A stretch of 64,000 bases of DNA from Phoronis australis (taxonomy: Eukaryota > Animalia > Phoronida). The stretch covers positions 1-64,000 of the forward strand of contig NMRA01000921.1 of assembly GCA_002633005.1 (NCBI GenBank). Direction: 5' to 3'. A program made the position numbers and the translations under genes. Below the pieces are notes generated by a model. It saw only the letters and a list, made by a program, of their open reading frames with translations, did not search any database and was not told the DNA's origin. Positions 23,844 through 38,285 of this stretch are shown one piece after another; position 1 is the stretch's first letter; every line of letters starts with the position of its first letter.

Positions 23844-25954
23844 CCCATACGAAAAAGTACACTGGACTTTCAGTTGGGACAGGAATTGAAACTCAATTGA
23901 GGTTCAATTGAGATTCAATTGAAATTCAATTGAAGTTTTTCTTATGTAAATGAATTGATTCAATTCATTAGCATATTCAATAGCCATTCAATAGGAATTC
24001 AATAGCTGTTCAATAGCCATTCAATTTTCCATGCAGTACAGGATCATCCCATATTCAATAACCATTCAATAGCCGTTCAATAGCCATTCAATAGCCGTTC
24101 AATAGCCATTCAATAGCCGTTCAATGGCCATTCAATTTTTCTAACTATACAGAATAATTTGAATTTCAAGTATTTTCCATAATAAATTAACTCTTTCAAA
24201 AATATGATGTATTGTTGTTAACCTGTTCATGAGATAAGAATAGTTCACAATCTTCATTCAACAACCTGGCATGCATGAATACACTCAAATCATAGACAAC
24301 TGAACATTTTGAAATCTTAAATCGAAACTTGCACAAGTATTACAATTATCATACAGCATCAGTCAAAGAAAAACTAAAACAGAGCCTTAGGCATTTGAAA
24401 AGTAGCAGCCTTTGTAAACATTTTGAAGAATCTAATGCTGACTAATTGTAGATTGTTTTTTCAACATTTGTATGTTGAGACTATACATGAAATAATCATA
24501 TGACACTATGAACTTAGTTGAACACATCCATACGTTGAAGGGTAAATGAGTATTTTATATCCAGTTAGCTAAATAAATGTAGGCGATAAGATAAAAAATA
24601 CTAATTTCAGGCATACAAAGCTATAGCAGCAAAATATTAGTTGTCTGAAAAGCACGGTCCACATGTGATACCAGATCTTTAAATGTCGGCATTGTACAGC
24701 CTTTCATGGTCTCTGCAGAACTCTGGAGTCCGCACTTTTCACAGCACTGAGACTTGATATAATCCATTAATTTGAGTTATCTGTCCACAACAGGAACTGA
24801 TGATCGGCACAGTGATGGTAGGTCATTGGACATTAGCTCCCAAGAGTTATAGTCTTTTCACTTCATCATGCATATTTTCAAAGTCTTCTTCTGTACTAAA
24901 AAAGTTGAAAAATATCCAGTTAGAGGGTATCAAATAAAGTATTAAGTAAATTTGAATTTTGTATTGAGGAAATACATGAATGCTTTCTTATTTGATTAGC
25001 CATAGTTTTTAGAAAATTTAATATGCTTTTGACTAAGAGCATTAATAAGGGGGTTATTTGCTACACTAATGGAAACTCATAGCTGAAGTTTGATTTTTAG
25101 TCCTATGAGCAGAACAGTTAATTAAACCATACTGCAGAGACACTATGGGTAGATGACTGGTGGCAATGGCAAACCTCTAATATCCAATACATCAGTGCAT
25201 ATTAAGCTCAATTATTTAGTTTCAGTTCATGTAACCAAAATAAAAATTTACTTTTCTCTCATTGCTCTGATGTGAGAATTTTAACACAGAATCATAAAAA
25301 CGTGTTTCTAAGTCTCAAATAAAAGTAAATAAAGTATGTTAGGTCGAAACACGATTAACTGACACTTGTCTTGGCAACTACATGCACATGCAGGTTTTAG
25401 TCTGTAACCCAACTCATTTTGAAATCTGTGCTCTACTACTTAACTTCCATAACCTTAATCAATTGAATCAGTTAAAAAAACTTCCATTTTGTTTGCAAGA
25501 CTAAAGCTACTCATTCATATGTGAAACATAAATGTCACTTAACAATCAAATTGACAAAAATACAATGTTGAAATCAAAAACTCACCATTTAATGTATGCA
25601 GTTCTTCACTATCCATGCAGAGTCTATGCTGTACCAAAACCGTTTGAAAGGGTTTGAAAATCTTAAAGGTCACTTTCCAGGAATGTAACCTTGACAACCA
25701 ATTGGTAACACATGTTTAAAATAAACATTGCTGGTAACTTGCTAAATCAAACCATCCAGAAATTCAATAGCCATTCAATTCCACGACATCCTGAAATTTT
25801 CTAAGTCCTCATATTCAATAACTATTCAATTCCGAACAGCCAAAATTTTTCTAAGTCCTGGAATTCAATAGCCATTCAATACAGAACAGCTAAAAATTTT
25901 TTTAAGTGCAGAAATTCAATAGCCGTTCAATAGCCATTCAATTGACGGCAAGGG
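23844..25954. mobile_element. Probable CACTA-like non-autonomous element or composite with ATTCAATAGCC arrays
   Basis: Starts CCCATACGAAAAAG (same terminus family as 17236-18853); ATTCAATAGCC/TCAATTGA repeats at 23890-24140 and 25760-25945; ends ...GGCAAGGG; no clean TIR pair or TSD. Confidence 0.45.
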
Positions 25955-28575
25955 AAGTGCCAATTGAATGACAATGAATGAACACAATGAAATTAACAAC
26001 GTCGTTTTACAGCTTGTAAGATTCATAATAAACGTATTTTGAATATTGCAATGCATGTGTTCCAAAATCTAAATAACTTGGGTCCTATTGTTGTACTCAT
26101 ATTTGTTTTCGCTCCTCTTTTCAAATATTACAGTAAGAACTACGTAAAACTCTCTCTGCTAGCTAGATTGTAATCAGCTGATCATATCCGCATGAGCGAA
26201 GCCAATTATCCTCGCTGGTGACTCGATGACTAGAGCAGCTTGGCGGCATCCCTTTGATCGTGAACCGAGCGCGACTCAGCCAAGGTGGATAAATACGGTC
26301 TAGTTCAATTTTCCATACCCCACCGTTGACCTTAACCACTGGGGTTAGAACCAATCTTATTTAGTGGGAATGTTCATAGCATGAGTTCTGTTGCCCACAG
26401 ATTAGTCAATCACAATTAAATTTACAAAATTGATGAGTATATAGCCGGCCTGTGCCGTCCTGTAATCTTATTAGAGCCGTAGTGCGCACACAACCAGTAA
26501 CAATAACTTGGATTTCAACTATTCTCACGCGATGACACTTTAGAAATGCGCGCGTGTGGGCGCATAAGCTTCACGTGTTGCAGAGTTCACAGCAGACATC
26601 AAATTTATGGTACGATACTAGCTGTCAAGTTCCGAGTCAAAGACCAGTTTTAAAATTAATGATGAAATAAAGGTTTGAAAATCAAATTCAGGTGTTTTTT
26701 TTGTTTTTGGGATGTTTATGTTGAAGACTAATTAGATTAGATTAGACACCCTGACTCATTATCAACGTATGGTTCTGCGGCTATCTGTTTTATCTCGACC
26801 GCCCGGCGTTGCCCACTTCCAATTGCGTGAAACATGCCACGCAAAGAAGATGAGACTCGGGGGTAAGCGGGCATGAGCCAGTCGTCAATCAAAATTTACC
26901 GCAAAGGCATTACTCAAAAACAAGTATTTGCTTAAGATTTTATATTCAAATTACTAAGACTATGCAGGGGTCGACGCTATTCAAATCGCCAGGTCACATT
27001 TTGCGACCTAGCCAAAATCCCAGGTCGCATTTTCAAAATCCAGTTCGCATTCATAAATGCCAGGTCGTAAAAATTTCCCGCCATTTTTACGCTTCAAATT
27101 TGATTTTTTAGATCACCGAGAAAATGTTTAGATTATGCTCTTACCTGCAGCGTTAAATACTGAAAAATTTCATATCGCAAAACTGAGTTCGTTAATGCAG
27201 GTACGGTATTACTGTTCTTCACGACCGCCATTGAAAGGCCCTAAAGCGCAAGGCAAGTTGCCGACGTGAAAGTTGAATCAGTGCTCCCTAACTGAACGTG
27301 CATTCGAGTAGCTACGTTTGCGATGTGAAAAGGGAGAAAATGCCCGTTGAAAAAATATCCGTGATTTTGCTAGGTCTGACCTGCTACTGGCTGTCATCAA
27401 ACTCGTTAAAGATCCAAACTAACTCGGAGGGCCCTCCACTTTTTATTAGTAACCCAAATTTTGAAACTTAACTCGACGTTCGAAAAACATCTGACAAAAA
27501 AAAATGTGAAACGGTGCCCTAACCGAATGATGTATTTGGATGCGCGGGAACAATTCAGTGCAAATTTCATAACAAAAATGTTGTATTTATGCTGTTTACG
27601 TACTCAACAATTCGTTTTCTATGAAATGAATAGCCTCGAAATAATTCCCGACTGCGTGAGGGATTCCATCGCGTAATTCGAGTTTGCTCCTCAATACCTT
27701 CCAAGTACGGGGAAAATAGGTCAGTCACAAAACAACACGCATGTCACTAGTGTTAAGTTTCTTTCGCAGTTATGAAACAAAGCCGGGATTTGGTTTATAC
27801 ATATTGAGAAAAATGTTTTTGAACACTGAATTTGTTGTGTAAAATGAGAGTGACACACTATATAGGCTGCGTGTCAATTTTAAACCACGAGTGGTCATTT
27901 GTATAGTGCGCTATGATGGGCGCTAGCCTGAACCGTGGGCGCTTAATGGGAAATTCTCAAAGGTTGAAGGGGAACGCTTAGTAAATCAGTGACCACTTAT
28001 TACAAAACACTTCAAAGGTAGGGAGTAGGCTTGTGCGTGAGCATTGTCGTCAGTGTTTGCGTTAATAAGATATTAAACGACTGCAATGTAAATATAGATT
28101 ATTACATGGCGAAGTCGTTATCCCCCGTTATCTAGAGCCCGAGTGAATTTTGGTGAATTATCGCCCGAGGGGCGTTAGCCCCGAGGGTGATAATTCTCCA
28201 AAATCCACGAGGGCTCTAGATGNTGACAGAATAGCTTACGAGATTACCTTTTGAACAGAGTAAGAAACAGCAAATGGCCAACAACGTTTGTTGTTCCATT
28301 CTGATGTTGCTCTGGACGAATACAGTGCTGATGAATGTACACTGTACAGTGTATGTAGACTGTAGTATGAGCAGACGACAAACTTATGGGCGCTAAAGCA
28401 CGGTTTCTCCTAGTTATCGCTAGATAGCGCTGCTATTTGCGACTCTCCCGGCGCTGGTCCCTGCGTGTCGCCAAATCTGTTGACCAAACACCTTAACCTA
28501 CATCATGATTCTACAGCTCCTGATGTCACACGTGGGATGGCACGTGCTTTTCCGAACGACAGGCATCAACCAGGA

Positions 28576-31500
28576 CAGTGGCGGATCTACGGGGGGGATC
28601 AGGGTGTTTATACCCCCCTCACTCAGTGGGCCAGGACCCACAAAAAGTAAAAGACAAAGACGTCTCCAGGAAAACAAGAACGACAGCGCCAGCGTGTGTA
28701 AACCCCAAGTAAACCAACTTGGAAAAAATTGAGAGGAGGGGGGGTTCACTCTGAAAATGTGAATTTTTTGCATTGCGACTGCTGTTATGAAAATCAACGC
28801 ATTTCAAGTCTTCGTGGCTCATCCAGCAAAACGGCGCTTCCTTCGACAATTCCAGTGAACTGAGTAGCCAAGCATTTAAGATGACTCCACCGCTCAGCTG
28901 AAAGAGCAGCCCTATAGCTGACTTCTTTAGGGAACTAGCTTCTTTACTCAAAGATATGTTTTGATTTAATCAGGGAAATAGTGTGCCGGGTGCCGCAACC
29001 CTGATAACGAAGGCGAATCTACTAAAGTTGACGTGCAGCGTTTTTACCTCATCTGTCATGCCGTGTCATTCCATTGTACCTCACACATTTGTAACTCGAA
29101 TTTGACTGGTTTATAGTAAAGTTGTCTTGCGCAATATCATACAGTGTACATGTATTTTTTTAAAAGAACTCGTTTTCCGAAGAATTGCTATTGTCGCGGC
29201 GGCGCACGGTGGCCTGGTCGCGAGTCCGTTTGAAGATGCACTCTAACAAGCTACGTCTATACAAAGAATGACCAAGGGGGCACTCACATTGACAAAGTGA
29301 CCACATTCGCGAACAGTGTAGAGTACCAGAAATAGCGGGGAGGCTGTATTTTCACAGCACTGAAAGTCTTGCGGGACTCGTGCGATGTTCAATAGGCCTC
29401 CTAAGGAGCTCTAGTTCTGACCGTCAACACCTACCGTCTTTCTACCTGCAATAAGCACCAGTGCCGTCTATACTGGAAATTTCCACAAAAAGGCCCACCT
29501 GATGAAACGCTCATGCCCATGAGCATTTATTTGATGTTAGTACTTGGAGTTTAAGCGTTCAGACATTGGGACTTTTATTCAGAAAACTGCAAGATATGCA
29601 AATAGGTCCTAGGATATATCGTCTAGGTTTGAAGTAGTTCAAGATGAACGGATCAAAATTAGTTGCGCATGTACGTCTTTTGCCCGAATGGACTTGGCAA
29701 CCTCAGGGGGCTTAGTGCCAATTGACATATCGCCAGGATTTTGAGTGACGGCTTATCTGACCGTTTAGAAAGCAGCATTATTGACACACCTTTGTTTCCA
29801 AACCGCCATTTTACCCGACAAACAAAACGTTGCGGGGTAAAACTTATTGCTTGTTAGTCGACATTACGCAAGGGGCGGACCCCTGCGAAATGTACCTCAG
29901 TTAACCATGGTTAACCATGCTTAACCATGGCTGTACAACCATGGTTGACCATGGTTNGATTCTGGTTTGTATTTCCACTTGGCTCTATCTGCTTCATAAC
30001 CAAAATCTATTTCACGTAGTGCGTATTTAATTTGTACTCAATACTTGTTTCTTCCACTAGTTAGTACTAGAGAACGGTGCAAAAACCCTTCCAAGACAAC
30101 CTCTCGCAGCAGTTGACGAGCAGATGTATAAAATACACGTATGAGCAACCACTGGGCATTAAAAAGTGTCTAGAGAGAAGTTTTCAATTCAAAATGTTTT
30201 GCATAGTACGCTTTAGGTCTCGCGACGGACCAGTCCAGCTTGATTTGTGTAGATATTCAGTTTCAGTGTACATGTGGTCCCTCGGTGAACTAGTCTTGTG
30301 ATGTTTTTTATCTAACTGTGCTTTTTAAAACTATTTGTCTCAGCCAGTAGGCCTAATGTTTGGTCCCGCCGCGACAGATCGACTATTTTTATAGGGATAA
30401 TAAGCACGGGTGCACTTTTGGTCTCGTAACGGACCAGGCCAGCCTTTTTGTGTATTCTCAGTGTACATCTGCATGGTCGCTCTGCGAACTCAGTGGTCCT
30501 GTATATCTTTTTACCACCATGAATATGTTTTGGTTTCGTGAAACTGTTTTCAGATGATTTGTTTCCTGACACATTTGTCGTTTTTCAATTGTTGTCAACA
30601 TGATTCAGCTTAATAAAGTGATACCAGGAAGAGATCTCTTCCTGGTGATACTTAATTGTTTATTGTCGCATTTTTCAATAGACTATGAGCTGAGAGCACC
30701 ATCGTTCGCCACTTGTTCTCGTAACGAGACAAAACACATGTTTATTTCCGGACTAACAGAACAGGTCTTCGTTCTTAAACAACTTGAGGGTGCTGTTACG
30801 CGATCATGTGATATTCCATTTTTACGCCCCGTCGGTGCTCCTTATGCTCTTGAATATTTGGTAGTTGTCTAAACCCCACACTTTTTCGTATACGACTTTT
30901 CGTATGCTAAAAAAGGTGTGTGCAAGCAGATGTTCTAACAAAATTTTTGGCTGGTGACGTGACTCATACCCAGATGTGCACAAATATGGTTTCGTGAAAC
31001 TCATGAGCCTCGTTCATGTGAAGAAATCGAGAAGGGTTTTAAATTATCTTAAGAAAAACTCAAGAGACATGTTAAGTGCCAGAAACTTACCAGGATGCAT
31101 AAAATTTCAGTATTTGGCTACAAAAACAAAACATTGTCTTACACCGGAGGGAGGAAACCCCCTCCCGACCTCCCCCCTCTCGGCGCAACGCGCCTCGGAT
31201 TCGACCTTTGCGGGAATCCTAAACCCCCCTTACTGAATACGTAGATCCGCCACTGCAGGATCCATGAAGACGAAGTGCATGCCAAGTGGCGAATTTAAGT
31301 GGAAAAGAAATCTTTGTGTCCGACGTTGAATCAACTCTGTTTTAAAACCCCTTTGTTACAATTATTCTTAACATATTACAATTACGCCGATTTCTGTTAA
31401 CTAGCGGTGCCCGTAACCTCAGCATAAAACTCGTCGGCAAATATTTTTTAAATCTAGCGAAGAAATCGAAAATTGGGCGATTTTTGAAAATCATAATATT

Positions 31501-33011
31501 CCCAGTTCGTTTTCGGAAAGCTATGGTGCCATAGTGTNGATAGGCTAACGTTCCTGGAGAAACACGTATTAAGTTATAATTCTACACACATGGTTTGTAC
31601 ATAATGTCGGTTTGATATGCTTGTGTACAATGAAAACGAAATAGAAATTATTTTTCATGTGGTCATGCCAAATTTACCCAATACTGTAGAGGGTCTTCGA
31701 GCACACACAAACTGATTCTGGTTTGTATTTCCACTTGGCTCTATCTGCTTCATAACCAAAATCTATTTCACGTAGTGCGTATTTAATTTGTACTCAATAC
31801 TTGTTTCTTCCACTAGTTAGTACTAGAGAACGGTGCGAAAACCCTTCCAAGACAACCTCTCGCAGCAGTTGACGAGCAGATGTATAAAATACACGTATGA
31901 GCAACCACTGGGCATTAAAATGTGTCTAGAGAGAAGTTTTCAATTCAAAGTTTTTTGCATAGTACGCTTTAGGTCTCGCGACGGACCAGTCCAGCTTGAT
32001 TTGTGTAGATATTCAGTTTCAGTGTACATGTGGTCCCTCGGTGAACTAGTCTTGTGATGTTTTTTATCAAACTGTGCTTTTTAAAACTATTTGTCTCAGC
32101 CAGTAGGCCTAATGTTTGGTCCCGCCGCGACAGATCGACTACTTTTATAGGGATAATAAGCACGGGTGCACTTTTGGTCTCGTAACGGACCAGGCCAGCC
32201 TTTTTGTGTTTTCTCAGTGTACATCTGCATGGTCGCTCTGCAAACTCAGTGGTCCTGTATATCTTTTCACCACCATGAACATGTTTTGGTTTCGTGAAAC
32301 TGTTTTCAGATGATTTGTTTCCTGACACATTTGTCATTTTTCAATTGTTGTCAACATGATTCAGCTAAATAAAGTGATACCACGAAGAGATCTCTTCCTG
32401 GTGATACTTAATTGTTTATTGTCGCTTTTTTCAATAGACTATGAGCTGAGAGCACCATCGTTCGCCACTTGTTCTCGTAACGAGACAAAACACATGTTTA
32501 TTTCCGGACTAACAGAACATGTCTTCGTTCTTAAACAACTTGAGGGTGCTGTTACGCGATCATGTAATATTCCATTTTTACGCCCCGTCGGTGCTCCTTA
32601 TGCTCTTGAATATTTGGTAGTTGTCTAAACCCCACACTTTTTCGTATACGACTTTTCGTATGCTAAAAAAGGTGTGTGCAAGCAGATGTTCTAACAAAAT
32701 TTTTGGCTGGTGACGTGACTCATACCCAGATGTGCACAAATATGGTTTCGTGAAACTCATGAGCCTCGTTCATGTGAAGAAATCGAGAAGGGTTTTAAAT
32801 TATCTTAAGAAAAACTCAAGAGACATGTTAAGTGCCAGAAACTTACCAGGATGCATAAAATTTCAGTATTTGGCTACAAAAACAAAACATTGTCTTACAC
32901 CGGAGGGAGGAAACCCCCTCCCGACCTCCCCCCTCTCGGCGCAACGCGCCTCGGATTCGACCTTTGCGGGAATCCTAAACCCCCCTTACTGAATACGTAG
33001 ATCCGCCACTG
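28576..33011. mobile_element. Non-autonomous hAT-like element, 16-bp TIR, 5-bp TSD CAGGA
   Basis: CAGTGGCGGATCTACG at 28576; CGTAGATCCGCCACTG ending at 33011 (also at 31255 in the duplicated segment); CAGGA on both sides. Confidence 0.75.
29900..29956. repeat. AACCATGGTT 10-bp palindromic tandem repeat running into an assembly join
   Basis: About five imperfect units ending at n29957. Confidence 0.6.
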
Positions 33012-33293
33012 CAGGATCCATGAAGACGAAGTGCATGCCAAGTGGCGAATTTGAGTGGAAAAGAAATCTTTGTGTCCGACGTTGAATCAACTCTGTTTTA
33101 AAACCCCTTTGTTACAATTATTCTTAACATATTAGAATTACGCCGATTTCTGTTAACTAGCGGTACCCGTAACCTCAGCATAAAACTCGTCGGCAAATAT
33201 TTTTTAAATCTAGCGAAGAAATCGAAAATTGGGCGATTTTTGAAAATCATAATATTCCCAGTTCGTTTTCGGAAAGCTATGGTGCCATAGTGT
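29958..33293 (+). repeat. Near-identical direct duplication (29958-31537 vs 31714-33293), probably an assembly/haplotype artefact
   Basis: Offset 1756 bp with few substitutions; the first copy is bounded by single-n joins at 29957 and 31538. Confidence 0.8.
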
Positions 33294-34305
33294 TGTTTCC
33301 ATATAGTTTTACATTTGTATTTCAAAGTTTCTACATAACAGTGGATGCAACACTTGAATGAATATCAGCATCAACAGCAAATTACAAGAAACCATCTAGA
33401 AAAAGACCTAACATTAACATTTCAAGTGAAGCCAACATAATGAAAAAACAATAATTACCCGAAAAACTAGCAGAATAATAAGCAAAACACTTACAGTAAA
33501 CTGTAATAACAATTAACATGTTCATCAAACAAGTAACATTTGAACATCATAACAACAAATTACAACACGGATGTGAAAAAACCAGGTTCATGAAAAACAA
33601 AAGTTAGTTTCTCAAAGCACTACGTGTTTTCCTCAACAATAGAAAGCAATACAGTTTTAGCAAAGGAGTGCTTTACTGTGCGCTTTTGCGAGGTTTGCGG
33701 TAATGTAATGCCACAAATCAGATGTAATGTCCAAATGACTAACAAGCAAAATAAACAGAGTGAATCTCAAAAACAACACCTTCATCAAACAAAAAAATGA
33801 ACTAACATTAACAATTAACAATCATCAAAGAAATAATAAATTGACATTACATAAAAAATATATGAATTTTTTATGTGGAACACAACACGGTTCAACGAAA
33901 AATAGACGTTAGGTTCTAAAAACAATAGGTATATAGCTGAGCACTAGAATAATGCCGTTTTAACATTAAAGTATATCATTGTCTGCCTCCGCTACGGTTG
34001 CCCACTATAAATCAGTTGAAAAGCCCAAAGAAGTAACAAGCAAAAGTCAGTAAAATCTAATAACAATTAATTAATAACAATCAAGTAGCCATTGAAAATC
34101 GTCAGGCATGTAAAAATAAAATGTGATTCATGAAAAACAAATTTTAAGTTATCAAGTCAACAAGCAATTAGATCACTGCGGAGAATTGAAAAAATAATGT
34201 TTTAGCTTTGGAGTTCATTGTTTACTGCCTTTGGGGTGAAGAAAATCAGCTGGAATGTTCAATATAAAAACTGGCACACCGCTTGTCTTTGATGACTTCA
34301 AAGCT

Positions 34306-34388
34306 TTAAAAGGCGGTGATCATCACCATCACACCAAAGGCTGCCCCGAGTAGGATTTTGTTTGGAATATCGTCGCATCCAACCGACA
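34306..34388 (-). CDS. Terminal coding exon with GPI-anchor-like signal (IgSF gene A)
   Basis: CTCTTTTTGCAG| acceptor; phase-1 reading (V)SVGCDDIPNKILLGAAFGVMVMITAF*: small residues, spacer, hydrophobic C-terminus, no cytoplasmic tail. Confidence 0.6.
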
Positions 34389-34599
34389 CTGCAAAAAGAG
34401 GTCAGTAGCATGTACACTTATTTTAAGATTTTTAATAAAATAGCTGAAAACAGAACAACGGTAAACCTCACACTGTAATCAATATTCTTAAAACAACTTC
34501 AATCTCGCCAGCCCTCTCAATACGACGCACATTAAAGAACAGGGTGGGTTATGTCATCTTCCTAAAAACCCAACTCTGTTTGAGGAAGACATTGAGGTG

Positions 34600-35050
34600 G
34601 TGTTCATGTGAATCACTTGCAGTAAACTGAAATTAATACAGGATTATCATAGATGGAAACTTTTTTTGAAGAAAGCCAGGGGTTGAGCAAACTTAGAAGT
34701 GATAACGGACTGGAAACTGTCGAACTAACAAGTTGTAATGATACTTCAAGTTTGATACAGGACCTGAAACAGGATGAAAGGGACGAAAGGTTTTGGTAGG
34801 TTGCAGGTCGGACGTGCCCATTCAGCTGGTACCGAGGTCTAATGTATTAGGATAGAATGCTTAGTCGGTGCCAGCGTGGGGCTGTGCAAAACGAAGTTCA
34901 TGTTTTAATGCAAGGTCCTGCTTATATCGAACAGATATCATCAATACATTCAACAGACTGAGGAATATAGGATACTGTAAAGTGGGAAAGGCTCCCCTAA
35001 ATCTGCCTACACATTGTCAACAATGTTAACCCATGAGTAACGAAGAAGCC
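34600..35050 (+). pseudogene. Degenerate non-LTR (LINE) 3' fragment
   Basis: CQRGAVQNEVHVLMQGP near 34868-34920 resembles the C-x-C...E-x-H-V-L-x-x-C-P knuckle at LINE ORF2 C-termini; surrounding frame broken. Confidence 0.35.
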
Positions 35051-35689
35051 AAAACTCGATAGACTCGCTGGTTATTGCCAAGACCTGCTTATCAGAAGTA
35101 ATACCATTTATTACTCATCCTCTTCATTGCTCACAGTTGCATAGTTTCTAATGCGTCCAGAAAGACACTGACAATGTATTGTATTCGGCCAAACGTTTGA
35201 CAAGAGATTAAAACAAAACTGATCAGTCAACCTAACTTTTGTTCTTCAGAAATGGGGACGTTATAAATAGATCGAAGGGTAAGTTAGTTTTAGTAGATTG
35301 TATTTGATGCAACTGTTCCGATATCTATCAGTTTAGTTTGGATACATCACAGATTCAAGTTAATTTATATGACAATTTAGGAAGCATCAGAGTAATTTAT
35401 TTTATAGCCAAGTTTCCATTCTGAGTTATCTGAAGTCAATAAATGTGAATGAATTGTGCTTCTTTAAATTGTCCAATGACATACACAATTGTAATTTGAA
35501 AAGTATATTTTGGGAATTTGCTAAGATTAGATTAATTGGAAGCAACATGAAGTCAGGTTACTGCCCACAGCCACAACTGTAAACTAGTAAGATCATTGTC
35601 ACAGCATGACAATAATGGACAATGCCTACATGTATGTGTATTAAAGAAATTGTTATGGGAAGTTACTGACAGCAACCCCTTTAACAATT

Positions 35690-36830
35690 TGAAAAGGAAT
35701 TCTTTAAAATCGGATGAGGAAATAATTGTAAACTCGACAAAAAGTGTGATTAGTGCTAAGAATCACAGAATGTTTTACTTTAAGCACTTTAGAATACAAC
35801 ATGAATGAATTGGTCAAACTTTCAGAAGAAAAATGCACCTAATGACCCCATGGGTGCACCAAATGACCTGATAATTTTGAATTCAAACTCAATCACATTT
35901 ACTAAAAATATATGTAATTTTAAAGTCTCTAGCTCAAAATTTTAGTTTGCACTCAATGACCTTCGACCTATTTTTCTGATTGGTTAGGCCTATTGCATAG
36001 TAAAGTAGAACGTTCGATTGGCATGGTGACTTACACCAGTGTCCTGAACCTGAAAAGAATTCCTTGAAAAATGTAGGGGATATAACATTTTGATCATTAG
36101 ATGACCTTTGCACTAATTGACCCTATATGGTGCATTCTAAGCGTCTAGGGGAATCATTGTAAAGGCCGAGAAAAGCGTGTTTAATGCAGAGAATCACAGT
36201 TGTCTAACAGTTGACACATCAGAATACTTGGTGAATGAAAAGGTCAAATTTTCAGAACAAAAATGCACCTAATGACCCCATGTTTGCACTAAATGACCTG
36301 AAACTTTGAATTACACTGTACAGTACCTGTGCTTATCAGACCTGTAAATTTGAAGTGTTTAGGTCAAAATCTTAGTTTGCACCTAATGACCTTTGACCAG
36401 TTTAACCTTATTGGATGACTCAATTACTTAGAAAAGTAATTTCTTAATTTGCCTTATTGACTTATACATCTGTACCAAATTTGAAAAGAATAGCTTTTAA
36501 AATAAAGAAGGAGTAGCATTTTGACCTTTGCATCAAATGACCTCTTCCGGTGCAATATGGAATATGATTATATAATGAATCAAAATTTATGTACTGTCAA
36601 AAATGATATGCTGAATTTAAATAACGTAGCTGCACCAAGTTTGGAGTTATTAAGCCTCTAAGTTTATCGGAAGAAGAATAAGAATAAGAAGAATGAGAAT
36701 TAGAAGAATAAGAAGAATAAGAATGAGAATAAAATTGAAGAAAACCCAGGAACAACAATACTCTGCACTTGCACGCGAAGAGTACATACGCAAAGGTGAA
36801 CCTGCACCTGTACACTCTGAAGTGCATGTA
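35690..36830. mobile_element. HINE/Helentron-like non-autonomous repeat, family 2 (TGACCTTTG-rich units and AAG/AATAAG microsatellite)
   Basis: Repeated AAATGCACCTAATGACC...TGACCTT units about 430 bp apart, then a GAAGAATAAGAAT microsatellite at 36669-36740; related copies at about 61575-61710 and 63517-64000. Confidence 0.55.
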
Positions 36831-38240
36831 ATCTGAATGCTTATCATTTCTGACTTAAGGTTTTCAATTTCCTTATGATAGTTCCATGGCAAAAATGGTG
36901 GACACGAAGCCAAATGTCATTTTAAAGGACCAAACCGCTATTGTAGGGAATGCGCACAACCAGACTGTGGCAGTACGACGCCCGTGAATGGTTGCCGCAG
37001 TGCACCGTTATTTTAATTAATATCTTATATCAATCCAAATTATCTTACACAATTCATTAATTTCAACCATATTTTATTGATATCATATATAAACAAGAAT
37101 AACCTGATCCACCACTACTTAATTCATAATTGACATCAATCGTATTTATGTCTGGCATAAGTCAGCAAATGAAAATCATTGACACATTCATTGCTTTATT
37201 TGAATAGCCCACATTATGTACACTGTTAATGCTTTCAATGTTAACGCTCTTCTACCTTCGCCTAAATTAAACATTGTTAACGGCATAAAAGCACTATAAA
37301 CAGCATAAATGAACTGTTTAATGCAATAAATTAACCGTTAATGGTGTTAATCAATTATTTATGAGTAAATAACTTTTAACTGCATAAATTAATTATTTGC
37401 AGAGCAAATTTATGGTGGGACAAATGAGTGAAAATGGTAGGCACGTAAATTAACTTCAAGCTAATGTCATTAAAAATACATTTGTGACGCAAGTAATCAA
37501 CTCATGATGCAAAGAATGACATTCAGCTTCAAGAATTGATGCGTTAGTAGTTAATTTTCGACGTTATAAGTTAATTTGTGCCGCAAATAATTGATATAGG
37601 TGTGAAAGTGCAAATAAAGAATTCGTCCAATGAAAAGTTAATTGACGGTGTTTATGAGAATTAATTTTTGCACAATTTATGTGGCCAACGATATTCTTCA
37701 ACTCTCTCACATTTGTCCAAAGCCTCATTTCTGCAACACCGAGTGCATGGCAAACATTTCTGAGTCAGTTATCATCTTCAATGGGTCACCAATAATGTCA
37801 ATAATGTTTTATGGTTACAACCAAGGCTGATAGGCAGATTTGTCAAGCAAACCAGGGCTTAAGTGTAGCCACAACATCTAAGCATTGACTCATTTTCATG
37901 ACGTGCATTTTATACTGGTCAAAAGTTCAAACCGTCAAAATTACACAATCATGTTTTGTAGTGATATGCTGTCACGAGTGAAGCATTTTAAAAACAACAT
38001 TAAACTTTCATTGATACGTTGCCATCATTCTATTTCATGTTAAGTTACCTGTTCTTATTCAAAAGCATACATGAGGGGACTGACAATATAATTTAAGCTG
38101 GTAAAACAGCAAAATGATATCGGGAGATGAAGTCAATCTCTTTTCAAAACGATTATTCAACTGGACAAAATTTTAAATCAATCTTGATCCTGAAGTTGCC
38201 TTAAAAGCAAACAACACATCATACCACGCAAAACTTTCAC

Positions 38241-38285
38241 CAATCACTGTTTGGGGTGTGGGGACTGTTGTTAAGCTCATCATTC
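38241..38285 (-). CDS. Possible 45-nt S/T/P-rich stalk micro-exon of gene A
   Basis: TTAG| ... |GTGAAA, phase 1-1, (G)MMSLTTVPTPQTVI; weak donor and single copy. Confidence 0.35.

Noticed and set aside
25584-25616. Candidate first exon for the Ig V gene (MDSEELHTLN|GTGAG); also MTVTYLHK near 22715-22750
   Set aside because: Neither is hydrophobic enough to be a signal peptide, and the first lies inside a probable transposon.
28095-28222. ATTACATGG...CCCGAGGGGCGTTAGCCCCGAGGG hairpin, Crypton-like terminus
   Set aside because: Cut by an n join and no partner end identified; too little to call.
29958-33293. Recent tandem gene duplication suggested by paired ORFs
   Set aside because: The ORFs are short, on both strands and motif-free; the first copy is bounded by single n's, consistent with a retained alternative haplotype.
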